64,000 bases of DNA from an uncultured Gammaproteobacteria bacterium (GCA_964496095.1 CAZBWU010000001.1:48617-112616), one strand, 5' to 3'; shown: positions 37,735 through 47,994, counted from the first letter of the stretch. The notes: a model not told the origin generated them from the letters alone. Translations and numbers: made by a program.

Positions 37735-37857
37735 TTATCTTCTTTTTTTAGCAACTTTTTTTGCAAGCATTACTCGCTTGGCCGCCAATCTCTTTTTGGT
37801 TTTTGGAGAGTGTCGTGATTTAGTTCTTTTCTTTAGTCCTGTAGGTCTTTTGGCCAT
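37735..37857 (-). CDS. 41-aa highly basic protein (possible small ribosomal protein). Not in the supplied ORF track.
   Basis: ATG at 37857 to TAA at 37735 gives MAKRPTGLKKRTKSRHSPKTKKRLAAKRVMLAKKVAKKRR. It is followed by its own strong terminator and looks like a standalone small gene. Confidence 0.45.
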   Translation of the reverse strand: MAKRPTGLKKRTKSRHSPKTKKRLAAKRVMLAKKVAKKRR

Positions 37858-37915
37858 ATGTAAATTATTATTAAATAAGTAATAGTATTATAGAAGTAAA
37901 AAACTATTTAGTCAA

Positions 37916-38016
37916 TTGTCATTCTGAGTGAAACGAGGAATCTCTGTCGGGATAATTTAAAATTGACAGGGATCCTTAACGGAGTTTATCCCCTTTAGGG
38001 GGTTCAGGATGACAGT
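37916..38016. repeat. Short palindromic interspersed repeat units (GTCATTC family)
   Basis: ttgtcattctgagtgaaacgaggaatctctgtc followed by an inverted unit ending caggatgacag. Confidence 0.7.
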
Positions 38017-38020
38017 AAAA

Positions 38021-38602
38021 TTATTTTACTCCCAGAAGTTTTTGAAGAGCCTTCATTTTTTTTGGGTCTAATTTGGCTTCCAAAAGTTTTACTTTTAAAT
38101 TAGTGGTTTCTTTTTTTGCTAGTATAGTATTTATAAATTTTTCAAAATTAACATACATTAATTTTATTTTTTCTCCACCATCAAGATTTTGTTCAGCTAT
38201 CTTTTTGCAATCTTTAGCAATAAAATAATAAACAACCCAATCAATTTTGCCTACTGGTTGCAAAGCTTCCAATAGAACCCATTCTTTGGCTTGGTAGCCG
38301 GTTTCTTCAAACAGTTCTCGTTTAGCGCCTGCTAAAGCAGTTTCTCCTTCTTCTATTCTGCCAGTAATTAAATCAATGCTAGCCTTTGTGCCGGGTTGAG
38401 ATTCGTTGGCGATAATTATTTTTCCTTCAGGAGTAATCGGTATTACGGTAGCTGTATCTGCTCGTTTTAATCTTTCAAAGGTTTTGGTGCTCCCATCAAA
38501 CATTTTTTGTGGCCATTGATAAACATCAAACATTTCGCCAGTAAAAATTTTTTTGGCATGAGAGGGGGTTGGTTGTTTGGGTTTTGGTCTGGTTATGCGC
38601 AT
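38021..38602 (-). CDS. NUDIX hydrolase
   Basis: Nudix box GRIEEGETALAGAKRELFEETGY. Confidence 0.85.
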   Translation of the reverse strand: MRITRPKPKQPTPSHAKKIFTGEMFDVYQWPQKMFDGSTKTFERLKRADTATVIPITPEGKIIIANESQPGTKASIDLITGRIEEGETALAGAKRELFEETGYQAKEWVLLEALQPVGKIDWVVYYFIAKDCKKIAEQNLDGGEKIKLMYVNFEKFINTILAKKETTNLKVKLLEAKLDPKKMKALQKLLGVK

Positions 38603-38605
38603 ATA

Positions 38606-39151
38606 TTACTTTAATTTTTCAGTGAGCCATTGGCGAATAAGTGTTTGATGGTGTGGTCTGCAATGGTTGCACCACATATCAGGATGTTTTTCCTGTTCTG
38701 ACCAATATTCGTCTATATTCATCCAGCGCACTTCAGTAACTTCACCGTCAGTACCAGCTAGACTAACGCTTGATTCGTTAAATAACAGTGCAAATCGTTC
38801 TGCAAATACTTTTTCTTCTGGTTTTTTAATATCCTCTATTAAAAATAAATCTTCTGCTTGCGCAGTTATGCCAGCCTCCTCTTTGAGTTCATTTATCGCC
38901 GTTTGTATGAATGTGTGATTTTCTTTTACATGACCACCAAAATAACTTTCCCATTTTCCTGGGTTAGCAATATGTAACGCCCGTTTTGAACACAAGATTT
39001 GTCCGGCATTATTTACTACCCAAATACAAGTAATACCATACCAATATTGATTTGGTTTAGCTTTCACGATTGACCGTGGTCTGCCCTCGGTCGGGTTTTT
39101 ATTTTCATCAAAACATTGGAGGATTTCTTCGGTTGGTTGTGGGCTATGCAT
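38606..39151 (-). CDS. NUDIX hydrolase
   Basis: Nudix box GGHVKENHTFIQTAINELKEEAGI. Confidence 0.85.
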   Translation of the reverse strand: MHSPQPTEEILQCFDENKNPTEGRPRSIVKAKPNQYWYGITCIWVVNNAGQILCSKRALHIANPGKWESYFGGHVKENHTFIQTAINELKEEAGITAQAEDLFLIEDIKKPEEKVFAERFALLFNESSVSLAGTDGEVTEVRWMNIDEYWSEQEKHPDMWCNHCRPHHQTLIRQWLTEKLK

Positions 39152-39161
39152 AGTCGCTCAA

Positions 39162-39794
39162 TTATAAATCTATTCCAAAACCCTGTAAATCCCTTTTTAG
39201 CTGTTCGTTATCTCTAAATAGTATAGGGTGGTAGCCGATTTCTTCGGCTTTTTCTAGGCTCTTACTCGCATCATCTATAAATATTGTTTCTTCTGGTAAA
39301 ACACCGAGTCGTTCAAATAAAACCGCGAAGGCTTCGGCGTCGGGTTTTTGGAAACCAATTTCTGATGACACGACTACTGTATCTAGTAGATTATAAATGC
39401 CTTCTTTTTTTAATTTTTCACTTAGGTCGGTAGTGTAGTTGCTAAGGATTCCAACTTTAAAACCTTTTTGTTTGAGAACTGAGAACCAAGAAATGAGTTC
39501 GGTGTTCAGTCGGGATTTATTTTGCCTTTCTTTTATTATATTTTTAATTTTTTCTTCTGTCTGTTCGTCTTTACTAAACGCAGAAGCGACCCTGATCACC
39601 ACATCTGCAAAATTTTGATTTTGTACATGGGTGAGGTGGTTTTGTTTGAAGTATTCGGTTTGGAATTTTTTTAGAGGAATGTGAAACAATTCGGCAATGG
39701 TAGTAAGAAGCCTTCCAGGCGGGTATAGCTCTATCACGCCGCTAAAATCAAAACCGACAGCCTTTATACGTTTGTTTTTATTAGTATTGTTCAT
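39162..39794 (-). CDS. HAD superfamily hydrolase
   Basis: Motif I VGFDFSGVI (DxD variant) and motif IV FIDDASKSLEKAEEIG. The start is probably the internal MNNTNKN, which removes the apparent overlap with the upstream gene. Confidence 0.75.
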   Translation of the reverse strand: MNNTNKNKRIKAVGFDFSGVIELYPPGRLLTTIAELFHIPLKKFQTEYFKQNHLTHVQNQNFADVVIRVASAFSKDEQTEEKIKNIIKERQNKSRLNTELISWFSVLKQKGFKVGILSNYTTDLSEKLKKEGIYNLLDTVVVSSEIGFQKPDAEAFAVLFERLGVLPEETIFIDDASKSLEKAEEIGYHPILFRDNEQLKRDLQGFGIDL

Positions 39795-40404
39795 TTTGCA
39801 GAATATTAGCGAAGAGGGAAGTTTTAAAATTATATGCACTTGGGTTTATGGTTGGTAAATCTGAAGCTATTAAGTCTGCTAAAAAAAGAAGTATAAGTTC
39901 GAGCGCAATTGAAGGGTGTTGTATAAGTACGCTTTGTACATTTTTAGTAGCGCTGTCTGCATTATTTGAAGCCTCGTGTAGCAGGCCATGATGAGTGATG
40001 ATGTCTGCAATATGTGCTTGTTCAGCAGGAGTAATATCAATTTTTTGGAGTGTTTGATTTTTTACTAATTCGGCACCAGCTTTTTCATGTCCGATGAAAG
40101 CTCCTTCTGCTGTTGGTGTGATGGCCTGTTTGCCAATATCATGCAATAAAGCTGCTATATATACAAGTTCGGCCCTAGAATAGTTGCCTATTTTATTTGC
40201 TAGCTGGCTTTTCGTTTTTGGCCGAACAGTATTAAGTAGTTCTGATATCTTTTGTGCTGTACGGATACAATGATTAAATACGGGGTCGTTTATATGGCCT
40301 GCATTATTTTCAATAATATTTTTAAGCGCATAAAATTCAGGCAACTGATTTGCCAGTTTTCCTGATTGAAGATTTTCTGGGCTACAGTCACTGATTCTGA
40401 GCAT
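39781..40404 (-). CDS. HD domain phosphohydrolase
   Basis: H...HD motif (HCIRTAQKI ... LLHDIGK). Confidence 0.75.
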   Translation of the reverse strand: MLRISDCSPENLQSGKLANQLPEFYALKNIIENNAGHINDPVFNHCIRTAQKISELLNTVRPKTKSQLANKIGNYSRAELVYIAALLHDIGKQAITPTAEGAFIGHEKAGAELVKNQTLQKIDITPAEQAHIADIITHHGLLHEASNNADSATKNVQSVLIQHPSIALELILLFLADLIASDLPTINPSAYNFKTSLFANILQNEQY

Positions 40405-40410
40405 AGGCTA

Positions 40411-40650
40411 TTATTTTTTCACCACCACAATTGTGCATTTGGTGACTAGCGCGGTAATAGCACCTACAGCCGCAAGGACTGGAAGTAAAATAGCGCCGAC
40501 GGCTCCCCAAGTAAGAGGGATTTCCAAGACGTTTTCGCCTTTTTCATTTTTGATAATTATTTTGCGAGCATTGCCTGCTTCGATAATTTCTTTAACTTTG
40601 GCTTTGATTTCACTGCCGGAAACTTTGAATTCCTCTTGTTCTTCGGTCAT
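40411..40650 (-). CDS. Small hypothetical protein with a C-terminal TM segment
   Basis: 79 aa. An acidic N-terminus, then GAVGAILLPVLAAVGAITALV. Confidence 0.4.
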   Translation of the reverse strand: MTEEQEEFKVSGSEIKAKVKEIIEAGNARKIIIKNEKGENVLEIPLTWGAVGAILLPVLAAVGAITALVTKCTIVVVKK

Positions 40651-40684
40651 ATGTTTTGGGTTATGTGAATTAATTTAGGATAAA

Positions 40685-41104
40685 TTATTTAGTATGGCTA
40701 TCTAGCGCGTCTGAGTTCTGACTAGGACTTTTATTTGGTAAGAGGGTAATTGCAAAACAAAGCATGAAGAAGACTAGCAGTGGAGTATGTATAAATTCTG
40801 GGACAATTCGATTGAATGAGTTAGCAGCCGTTCCACTCTCATCTTGTTTTACATAAGTAAGCATACCAACCATCATGCCACTTAACACCTGGGCGATGTG
40901 ACGAATAGTCGGTTTTTGTAAAAACCTTGACTCAAGAATAAATTTGCGTAAACCGAGCCAAGTTAATAAAAAAAAGATAAGCGCTAGTATGAAGATTGTG
41001 ACCAATCCAAAGGTAGAATCAAAAGAGTTCAATAATATAGATTTGATCATACTGATAGGCTTAATTTGTAAAATAACCATACCATAGGGCTGGTATTCAA
41101 ACAA
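40685..41104 (-). CDS. Membrane protein, hypothetical
   Basis: 139 aa with 3-4 TM helices, upstream of the ABC pair in the same orientation. Confidence 0.4.
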   Translation of the reverse strand: MFEYQPYGMVILQIKPISMIKSILLNSFDSTFGLVTIFILALIFFLLTWLGLRKFILESRFLQKPTIRHIAQVLSGMMVGMLTYVKQDESGTAANSFNRIVPEFIHTPLLVFFMLCFAITLLPNKSPSQNSDALDSHTK

Positions 41105-41122
41105 GAGTATTCTAGGTTAGAA

Positions 41123-41794
41123 TTATTTTTTAGAAGGTATTATTTGGCCGTCGGATAAGTATATTGTTCTTTCTGTCATTTTGCCGTATTCAGGTTCGTG
41201 GGTCACCATTACGATAGTTTGCCCTTGCTTGTGCAAGTCTAAGAATATATTCATTACTGATAAGCCTATTTCACTATCTAGGTTTGCGGTTGGTTCATCT
41301 GCAAAAATAATTTTTGGCTTGTGAGCGATGGCGCGAGCGATAGAGACTCTTTGTTGTTCACCACCCGACAGTTGTCCTGGGGTATTATCTTTTTTGTTTG
41401 CTAAACCCATTTTTTCTAGAGCTTCCATAGCTATTTTTTTAGCCTGCTTATGTGAATATCCTTGCATAAGCAAAGGGACCATCGTATTTTCGATAGCAGT
41501 TAGTTCTGGTAATATGGCATAATCTTGAAAAACATAGCCCAGCTCCATCAGTCTAAAATGCACTCTCTGTTTTGAAGTAAGGCGAGTGGTATTAACTCCG
41601 TCAATAATTATTTCACCTTCATCTGGATGGTCTAGGAGGCCCAACTGATAAAGCAAGGTACTTTTACCCGCCCCGGATCTTCCCATAATAGAAACAAATT
41701 CACCGTTGGCTACGTTTAGATCTATTCCTTTTAGAATATTAGTTTCAGTGGTTTTGGTTTTAATTTTTTTGACAATATTTTTTGCTTCAATCAT
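41123..41794 (-). CDS. ABC transporter ATP-binding protein (MacB/LolD-like)
   Basis: Walker A GRSGAGKST, signature LSGGEQQRVSIARA and Walker B IIFADEPT. Confidence 0.9.
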   Translation of the reverse strand: MIEAKNIVKKIKTKTTETNILKGIDLNVANGEFVSIMGRSGAGKSTLLYQLGLLDHPDEGEIIIDGVNTTRLTSKQRVHFRLMELGYVFQDYAILPELTAIENTMVPLLMQGYSHKQAKKIAMEALEKMGLANKKDNTPGQLSGGEQQRVSIARAIAHKPKIIFADEPTANLDSEIGLSVMNIFLDLHKQGQTIVMVTHEPEYGKMTERTIYLSDGQIIPSKK

Positions 41795-41798
41795 ATAT

Positions 41799-43070
41799 TT
41801 AATTTCTACCTAAAATAGAATCTAGGGTATTTTTTCTAATAACAAGCCAAGCAGGAAGAAAGCCTGCAATCAGAGCTGTAAACATTATTATACTGACGCG
41901 GACGGCCGTGCCAAAATATGGAGCAACGAGAATACCGTCAGAGAAAGGGAAGTTTATAGGATGGACATCAACGTATGGTTTTAAAAATCCGTAGAGTAAT
42001 ATCAAGCCAATAATAATGCCTAGAGCCGCATATAAAACCGAGAGCATGATGTAAGAAATAATGATGGCTTTGCCATCAACTCCCACACCTTTGAGGATGC
42101 CGATAAACTTTCGGCGAGTAATGGCGTTGATAAAAATAACAATAAATAAAGTGATGGTAGCGACAACAAGTCCGATACTGCCGATAATATTACCAAGTAG
42201 TTCGAAGGTAAAAGAAATATCTTTAAAAAATTTACCTTGAGACTCTTCGGATGTTTGGATGGTAGCTAGTTTATCAATTGAAAGCGCGAGTAATTTGTTT
42301 TTAAGCTCAATTTCGGATGTTCCGTTAGTGGTTTTGATAGCAATTTCATCTACATTATAGTCGGGTCGACCGGCAAGTTGACGCAATTCTCTGTTAATAA
42401 AGTAGATACGACGATTTGTTTGGTCTATTTTACTTTTAACAATTCCTTTAACAGTAAATTCTTTTTGAACATCGCCGATGTTTATTTTTATTTTGGTGCC
42501 TGGTTCTACCCCTTTTATTGTCTGTTCTCCATTAATATTTCCATTTAAAAATTCTTCCAACAAACCGCTTCCAATTATGATTTGTCCGTTATCTCCAGGT
42601 TCAAAATATTTTCCCTTGATAACAAATTTGGATAGACTGCTCAAGGAGTCTTCGGAAATAGGATCTACGCCAGCCAAGATAGCGCCAGCTTGATCGGGAA
42701 GCTCGGCAAAGTTTGTTCTATTTTTGTAATTAGCTTCTACTATTGCCGCTTCTAAGATGCGACCCGAAAAAGCTTTAACTCCGTCGGTATTTTCTATAAG
42801 GTTTAAAATTTGAGTAGAGTTCTGGATAAAAGCTTTGTTTGGTAAGTTGGTAATCAAAACATCTCCAGAGTATTGCGACACATAGGCATTAGATGATCCG
42901 GTAATAAGCCCAACAAGAATTCCATTTACCACCACTACGTTAAGGAATGTAAATGTCATGACTAGGATCGTTAGAGGTGTGGTCCAACGACTACCTCTTT
43001 TTAGGTTGCGCCAAGCTAAAAAATGACCAACCCGGATAGAAATAAAAAATTTGTTTAGCCAAAAGCTCAT
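41799..43070 (-). CDS. ABC transporter permease, FtsX/MacB-like
   Basis: N-terminal TM, a large periplasmic domain, and a C-terminal 3-TM FtsX-like region. Directly upstream of the ATPase. Confidence 0.8.
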   Translation of the reverse strand: MSFWLNKFFISIRVGHFLAWRNLKRGSRWTTPLTILVMTFTFLNVVVVNGILVGLITGSSNAYVSQYSGDVLITNLPNKAFIQNSTQILNLIENTDGVKAFSGRILEAAIVEANYKNRTNFAELPDQAGAILAGVDPISEDSLSSLSKFVIKGKYFEPGDNGQIIIGSGLLEEFLNGNINGEQTIKGVEPGTKIKINIGDVQKEFTVKGIVKSKIDQTNRRIYFINRELRQLAGRPDYNVDEIAIKTTNGTSEIELKNKLLALSIDKLATIQTSEESQGKFFKDISFTFELLGNIIGSIGLVVATITLFIVIFINAITRRKFIGILKGVGVDGKAIIISYIMLSVLYAALGIIIGLILLYGFLKPYVDVHPINFPFSDGILVAPYFGTAVRVSIIMFTALIAGFLPAWLVIRKNTLDSILGRN

Positions 43071-43248
43071 AATAGGGTATTTAACGATTTTATAAAGGGA
43101 CTTTCCTTAAGTTTAAGTAAGATTATACTAGCATCTTTTAGGAATTTATTATAGTGAGTAGGCTTTTTATTAGAGTGCGGATGTAGGGAGAGAATTGTTT
43201 GCTATTGTGTTCTAATAGGACTACAGTAGGATAAGTGTAATTACTTAT

Positions 43249-43926
43249 ATGAAAATAATATTTTTTTCTGCTGACAAAGTGTTAATCTGGTTGCATGCTA
43301 AAACCAAACTATTTAGTGATTTGGTGGCAATGCTTTTTGTTTCCGCTTCGTTGCTTTTGTGGTTGCTTCCAGCCAGACTAATCCCTGATTTTTATGATCG
43401 GTATTATATGAGTGTGGCCTCTATACTTGGAGTGGCGATAATTTATGTATTACCAAGATTATTTCGAGTGGCTAGCGATATGCCTGGAGCAATAGAAAAA
43501 AACAAAGCGGTAGATTATTTTCAACTACTTTTGACAGGTGTTATTTTTGCCAATGCTTTGGGTGAGTTTGGTCTTTATCAGCTATATAAAATTGGTTTTG
43601 AGTTTGATAAATTTTTGCACTTGGGAATTTCTTTTTTGAGTGTGCTTATCTTGCCTAGGCTAGTAGAGCCGCATTATGGCATACCTCGGATGAGGGCAAT
43701 GTGGTTGGTTTTTTTGTTTATTTTTTGTGGAGGGTTTGTTTGGGAGTTATATGAATTTTTGACTGACCTTATTCTTGGTACTCATCTGTTTGGGGTGTAT
43801 CAGGGCAATATAACGCAGGATACAAAAATGGATGTCCTGTGTAATATAATAGGAGCAACATTGGGATTGATGCTGGGGTGGGTAAGAATGAGGAAAGAGA
43901 AAATTGTTAGAAGATCTTTATTGTAG
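43249..43926 (+). CDS. Polytopic membrane protein, hypothetical
   Basis: 225 aa with about 6 TM helices. Confidence 0.45.
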   Translation: MKIIFFSADKVLIWLHAKTKLFSDLVAMLFVSASLLLWLLPARLIPDFYDRYYMSVASILGVAIIYVLPRLFRVASDMPGAIEKNKAVDYFQLLLTGVIFANALGEFGLYQLYKIGFEFDKFLHLGISFLSVLILPRLVEPHYGIPRMRAMWLVFLFIFCGGFVWELYEFLTDLILGTHLFGVYQGNITQDTKMDVLCNIIGATLGLMLGWVRMRKEKIVRRSLL

Positions 43927-44289
43927 GGGAGTGTTTGCTTTTTTTCTCAATCCAAAAATTAATGGAATAGTGAAGGTTAGTATATAGTACAAGTAAACAT
44001 CCAATTTATAATATCCATCTGCCGGTTTTAACATTTTGACTATAAAAATATAGTCCAGAATTATGGCCATGAGTGCCCAAACTACGGCTAAAAGTAAGAA
44101 CTCTTTCGGTGTTTGAATTTTGATTTTTTTAAACAAGACCCAAAGGGTAAAAGCGATACCAAAAGGCATTATGGCCCAGCCAAGCAAAGCAGGAGGGACA
44201 AATGCAAAAAATAAAAAGCCGAGAATATAGCCAAATAGCCAAAGAATAAACCCCCAACCAAACGCACCTTTGTAGAATTGTTGGTTCAT
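43918..44289 (-). CDS. Small membrane protein, hypothetical
   Basis: 123 aa with 4 TM helices. Confidence 0.4.
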   Translation of the reverse strand: MNQQFYKGAFGWGFILWLFGYILGFLFFAFVPPALLGWAIMPFGIAFTLWVLFKKIKIQTPKEFLLLAVVWALMAIILDYIFIVKMLKPADGYYKLDVYLYYILTFTIPLIFGLRKKANTPLQ

Positions 44290-44338
44290 ATTTTTAAATT
44301 AAAAATTAGCTATTATTATAATATCACTTTTGTTGTTT

Positions 44339-45532
44339 TTATTTAAGTTCAGCCAACGCCTTTTTTATCCGACCAAGTGCTTCTGTGAGTTTGTCTTGAG
44401 ATATAGCGTATGACAAACGAACATAATTATCATCACCAAAAGCAGAACCCGGGACCAGAGCCACATGAGCCTGGTCAAGAAGATATGAACACAAATCAGT
44501 ACTACTGTTTATCATATTTGTGCCATCTGATTTGCCAAAGTAATAACTGATATCTGGGAAAATATAAAATGCGCCTTGTGGGGTGTTTGTTTTTAATCCT
44601 GGAATTTGTCGCAGTATGTATAGTGCTAAGTCCCGACGTTTTTTGAATTCATTGCGCATTGGCTGGATTGTCTGGGGGTCCATTTCCATAGCAGTACGAG
44701 TTGCCTTTTGGGAGATGGAAGATGTGTTTGAAGTAATTTGTCCTTGCAGTTTGTCGCAGGCTTTGGCAATCCACACTGGCGCTCCCATAAAACCGACACG
44801 CCAACCTGTCATCGCGAAACTTTTGGAAACGCCATTGATAGTAATGACTCGGTCTTTGATAAAATCAAACTGAGCAATACTTTCATGTCCGCCAGCAAAA
44901 TTTATGTGTTCATATATTTCGTCAGACAAAATATATAGTTCGGGAAATTCTGCAACGACTTCGGCAATGGCTTTTAATTCATCTCTCGAATACACGCTTC
45001 CGGTCGGGTTGCATGGTGTGCTAAGTATTAGCATTTTTGTTTTTGGGGTAATGGCAGATCGCAGTTGTGCGGGAGTGATTTTGAAATCTTGACTAATGTC
45101 ACTTTTAATAATTACCGGTACACCTTCGGCCAACTTTATTAATTCAATATAGCTTACCCAATATGGAGAAGGCACAATTACTTCGTCGCCAGGATTAATC
45201 ATAGTGAGTATGACATTGGCGATACTTTGTTTGGCGCCGGTAGAAACTACGATTTGGTCAGCCGTGTAATCAAGATTATTATCGCGTTTGAATTTTTTGC
45301 TTATGGATTCACGTAGCTCAAGATATCCAGAGACATCGGTGTAGTGGCTAAAATTTTGGTCAATGGCTTTTTTGCCAGAGTCTTTGATAATTTGGGGAGT
45401 ATCAAAATCAGGCTCACCCAGACTGAGGTTGATAATATCTATGCCTTGGCTTTTTAGTTCACGGCTTTTGCGTGCCATGGCGATAGTCTGAGATTCGGAG
45501 AGGTTGTTGATTCGGTTGGCTAGGGAGGGCAT
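44339..45532 (-). CDS. Class I/II pyridoxal-phosphate-dependent aminotransferase (aspartate aminotransferase-like)
   Basis: NLSLGEPDF, the PLP-lysine region GVSKSFAMTGWRVG and a 397-aa length. Confidence 0.85.
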   Translation of the reverse strand: MPSLANRINNLSESQTIAMARKSRELKSQGIDIINLSLGEPDFDTPQIIKDSGKKAIDQNFSHYTDVSGYLELRESISKKFKRDNNLDYTADQIVVSTGAKQSIANVILTMINPGDEVIVPSPYWVSYIELIKLAEGVPVIIKSDISQDFKITPAQLRSAITPKTKMLILSTPCNPTGSVYSRDELKAIAEVVAEFPELYILSDEIYEHINFAGGHESIAQFDFIKDRVITINGVSKSFAMTGWRVGFMGAPVWIAKACDKLQGQITSNTSSISQKATRTAMEMDPQTIQPMRNEFKKRRDLALYILRQIPGLKTNTPQGAFYIFPDISYYFGKSDGTNMINSSTDLCSYLLDQAHVALVPGSAFGDDNYVRLSYAISQDKLTEALGRIKKALAELK

Positions 45533-45569
45533 ATCAAATAGACAATAGGAAGATTAATTGAAATAATTA

Positions 45570-46082
45570 TTAAACTTTTTTGCCCAGTATTTTTCCTAAC
45601 TTTCTACTACTTTTTTCTCTGATTTTTAAGATTACTCGTTTTGAAATAGTCTTAACGCCGGCTTTTTCCCACTGATTTTTATTTTCATTATATCTTGCTA
45701 GCACAGTTATGTTAGAAAAATCATCCGGATTTAATTCGTCTGATTCAGACCTGGTAATGGCGGTAAACTCCATCTCCCCAATATCTTCGCCATAGTCTCC
45801 TTTAGCTGTATACGTATACATAATTTTTTTAGTACCCCTTGCTTCAGCTATTTCTTTTTTTACTAGTATATTAAGGTAGGTTAAATTTTCCTGATCATCA
45901 GTTTCGCCTTCTACGTGCTCTAAGTCAAAATCGTCAACAGATAAATCATCGTCTTTGGCTAGTAATTCAATTTCTCTCAAAACTTCTTCGACGGTAAAAT
46001 CTCGTGTTTCTTTAGGTCCTTTTGACTCTATTAAGATTGATTCTCCTATTATTGGAACCGGTTTAAATTTATTATCCAACAT
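45570..46082 (-). CDS. Acidic hypothetical protein
   Basis: 170-aa ORF, no motif. Confidence 0.35.
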   Translation of the reverse strand: MLDNKFKPVPIIGESILIESKGPKETRDFTVEEVLREIELLAKDDDLSVDDFDLEHVEGETDDQENLTYLNILVKKEIAEARGTKKIMYTYTAKGDYGEDIGEMEFTAITRSESDELNPDDFSNITVLARYNENKNQWEKAGVKTISKRVILKIREKSSRKLGKILGKKV

Positions 46083-46180
46083 ATTTTTTTGTATTAAAAA
46101 TGATTATTTTTATAGATAAGGATTGGGTAAATATTGGTCATAAATTTTTTATGAAGATGAGATTAATAAAACAATAAAAT

Positions 46181-47500
46181 CTATTCTTTCTCATTAGTAA
46201 AGACCCTTTTCTCTAGTCTATCAAAACCATAGTTTGGCGAGAAGTGTTCTTTAAAAAGTTGCATTGCCGGTTCGCCGGCATATTCTTTTCCACGTGACGC
46301 ATAATGCATAGCCAGGATCATTTCTTCAGGCTCGCCGACACAATCAAGCGGTTTGAATCCTTCGATACCGAGGATACGCCTAAAGGATGGAAGCAGGCGC
46401 TTTCTAGTATAGAGGTCAGCGCCAAAGATACTCACCAATTCTTTTTTTGGTAGAAACGCCGAGAAGCAGGCAAAGAGGAATACACACTTGGGGCACCTCT
46501 TGCACCAGTAGTTCGTAGGCGATAGGAGCTGGACGAAGCGCGGTTCCCAAAAATAGGCATTGCAACTGGTGACATTGTAGAGATATTTAGGATAACGAAC
46601 AAAGCGCTTTACGATTTCAAGCTCGCTGTACTGGCGCAAGAGCGAGTGGGTGGAGATACCGGGTGTGATGAAGGACTGAATATAATCGTTGATCATCTTT
46701 TCTGCTTCGGAAGATTTGCACCATTGATGATTTACCGGTAAGCCGAGGTAGGTGAGATTGCCAAAATCAGAACTGCGTTCGTTGGAAAAAATAATTGAGT
46801 TATATCCGAGAAGTTCGGCAAGCAAGGTGGCGATAAATGTGAACGTGGAGACAGATGGATATGCACTCGACATGAGCCAGCCTATGAGCGGATCATGGCG
46901 ACGGGTGACGCTGATAGTGTTGGCGCCGACAAGTTTGGCAATGCGTTTGTGCGCAGGTGTTGGGGCAAAAGCGAAATAATCAAATGGCGTACCTGAGGCT
47001 TTTAATATTTCAGCGGAGAGAATAGAGTCTTTGCCTGCCCCATTTAACAGTAATGCTCGCGAAGGAAGCTCAATTCGCGTAGGTGTAGGGGCGGTAGTAG
47101 TATCATTATAGGGAAAGGCAATAAGGTTGCGGAAATCGATTTTCCTGGTAAAGAAAAATTCCCCGAGGCCATTCAAATAGAGCGAGTCCCAGAATTGTGC
47201 CTGTTCACGGGTGAGGGTAAATCCTTCGATGCGGATGTTGCTGGTGCGAAAAACAGACCAGTAGTTGATGCCAAGCATGAGAAGGATCGCTTGTAGGTTT
47301 GGCTCCAGTACGGCCTTGGGTATCTTCTCCCACAGTTCCGGTTTCACGTCTTTGAAAAATAGTCGGTCAGTAAAAGTCTTAGCTATACCGAATTTAAATT
47401 CAACACGATAGGTAAAAGTGACGATTGAACGTTTGGCATCAACTTTGTATGTGCCAAAAGTGAAGGACGATACGCCTAGTAATTTTGTGAGGCTGAGCAT
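46181..47500 (-). CDS. Hypothetical protein with a PP-loop-like motif and a Cys cluster (possible QueC/PP-loop ATPase superfamily member)
   Basis: LLLNGAGKDSILSAE resembles the SGGxDS PP-loop. A downstream CKRCPKC cluster resembles the zinc ribbon of QueC-like enzymes. Tentative. Confidence 0.4.
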   Translation of the reverse strand: MLSLTKLLGVSSFTFGTYKVDAKRSIVTFTYRVEFKFGIAKTFTDRLFFKDVKPELWEKIPKAVLEPNLQAILLMLGINYWSVFRTSNIRIEGFTLTREQAQFWDSLYLNGLGEFFFTRKIDFRNLIAFPYNDTTTAPTPTRIELPSRALLLNGAGKDSILSAEILKASGTPFDYFAFAPTPAHKRIAKLVGANTISVTRRHDPLIGWLMSSAYPSVSTFTFIATLLAELLGYNSIIFSNERSSDFGNLTYLGLPVNHQWCKSSEAEKMINDYIQSFITPGISTHSLLRQYSELEIVKRFVRYPKYLYNVTSCNAYFWEPRFVQLLSPTNYWCKRCPKCVFLFACFSAFLPKKELVSIFGADLYTRKRLLPSFRRILGIEGFKPLDCVGEPEEMILAMHYASRGKEYAGEPAMQLFKEHFSPNYGFDRLEKRVFTNEKE

Positions 47501-47518
47501 TTTGGTTGTTTTATTTTT

Positions 47519-47872
47519 TTAAAAACGAAGCCAAGTTCCAAGATTTCTTTTTTTCATCTTCCAATATGTGGTAGGCGAACAATTTTCAAGCTGAAGATGG
47601 AGTTCGGTATTGACAGAAGGATCTGTTCTATCTACCATCCCTTCCCAGACCGTTTCAATTTTGTGGCCGTTCTTGTCGTAATAATCATTAGCGCACTCAT
47701 CCATGCCACACCCGCGTTCAACTATAATTAGCTGTTTACTGACAATTTCCTGGCACGTTTCATAATTTGAATTTTTTAATCTAAAATAGAAGTGGGAACC
47801 TTGTGAAAAAAGTACCAACAATATTAGTACCACACAAAGAATAAGGGCAGCTTTTTTTATAATTTTAATCAT
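47519..47872 (-). CDS. Small secreted hypothetical protein
   Basis: Signal peptide MIKIIKKAALILCVVLILLVLF. 117 aa with several Cys. Confidence 0.4.
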   Translation of the reverse strand: MIKIIKKAALILCVVLILLVLFSQGSHFYFRLKNSNYETCQEIVSKQLIIVERGCGMDECANDYYDKNGHKIETVWEGMVDRTDPSVNTELHLQLENCSPTTYWKMKKRNLGTWLRF

Positions 47873-47994
47873 GTTGATTTATATAAAAGTATCTTAAATT
47901 ATATCATTTAAAAATATTTAGTGAAATAAGTAGCAAAATTTAGCAGGAGAGTATAAGTGTAAAAACATTCATTAAGTTAGAGTGTTTTTATTTG

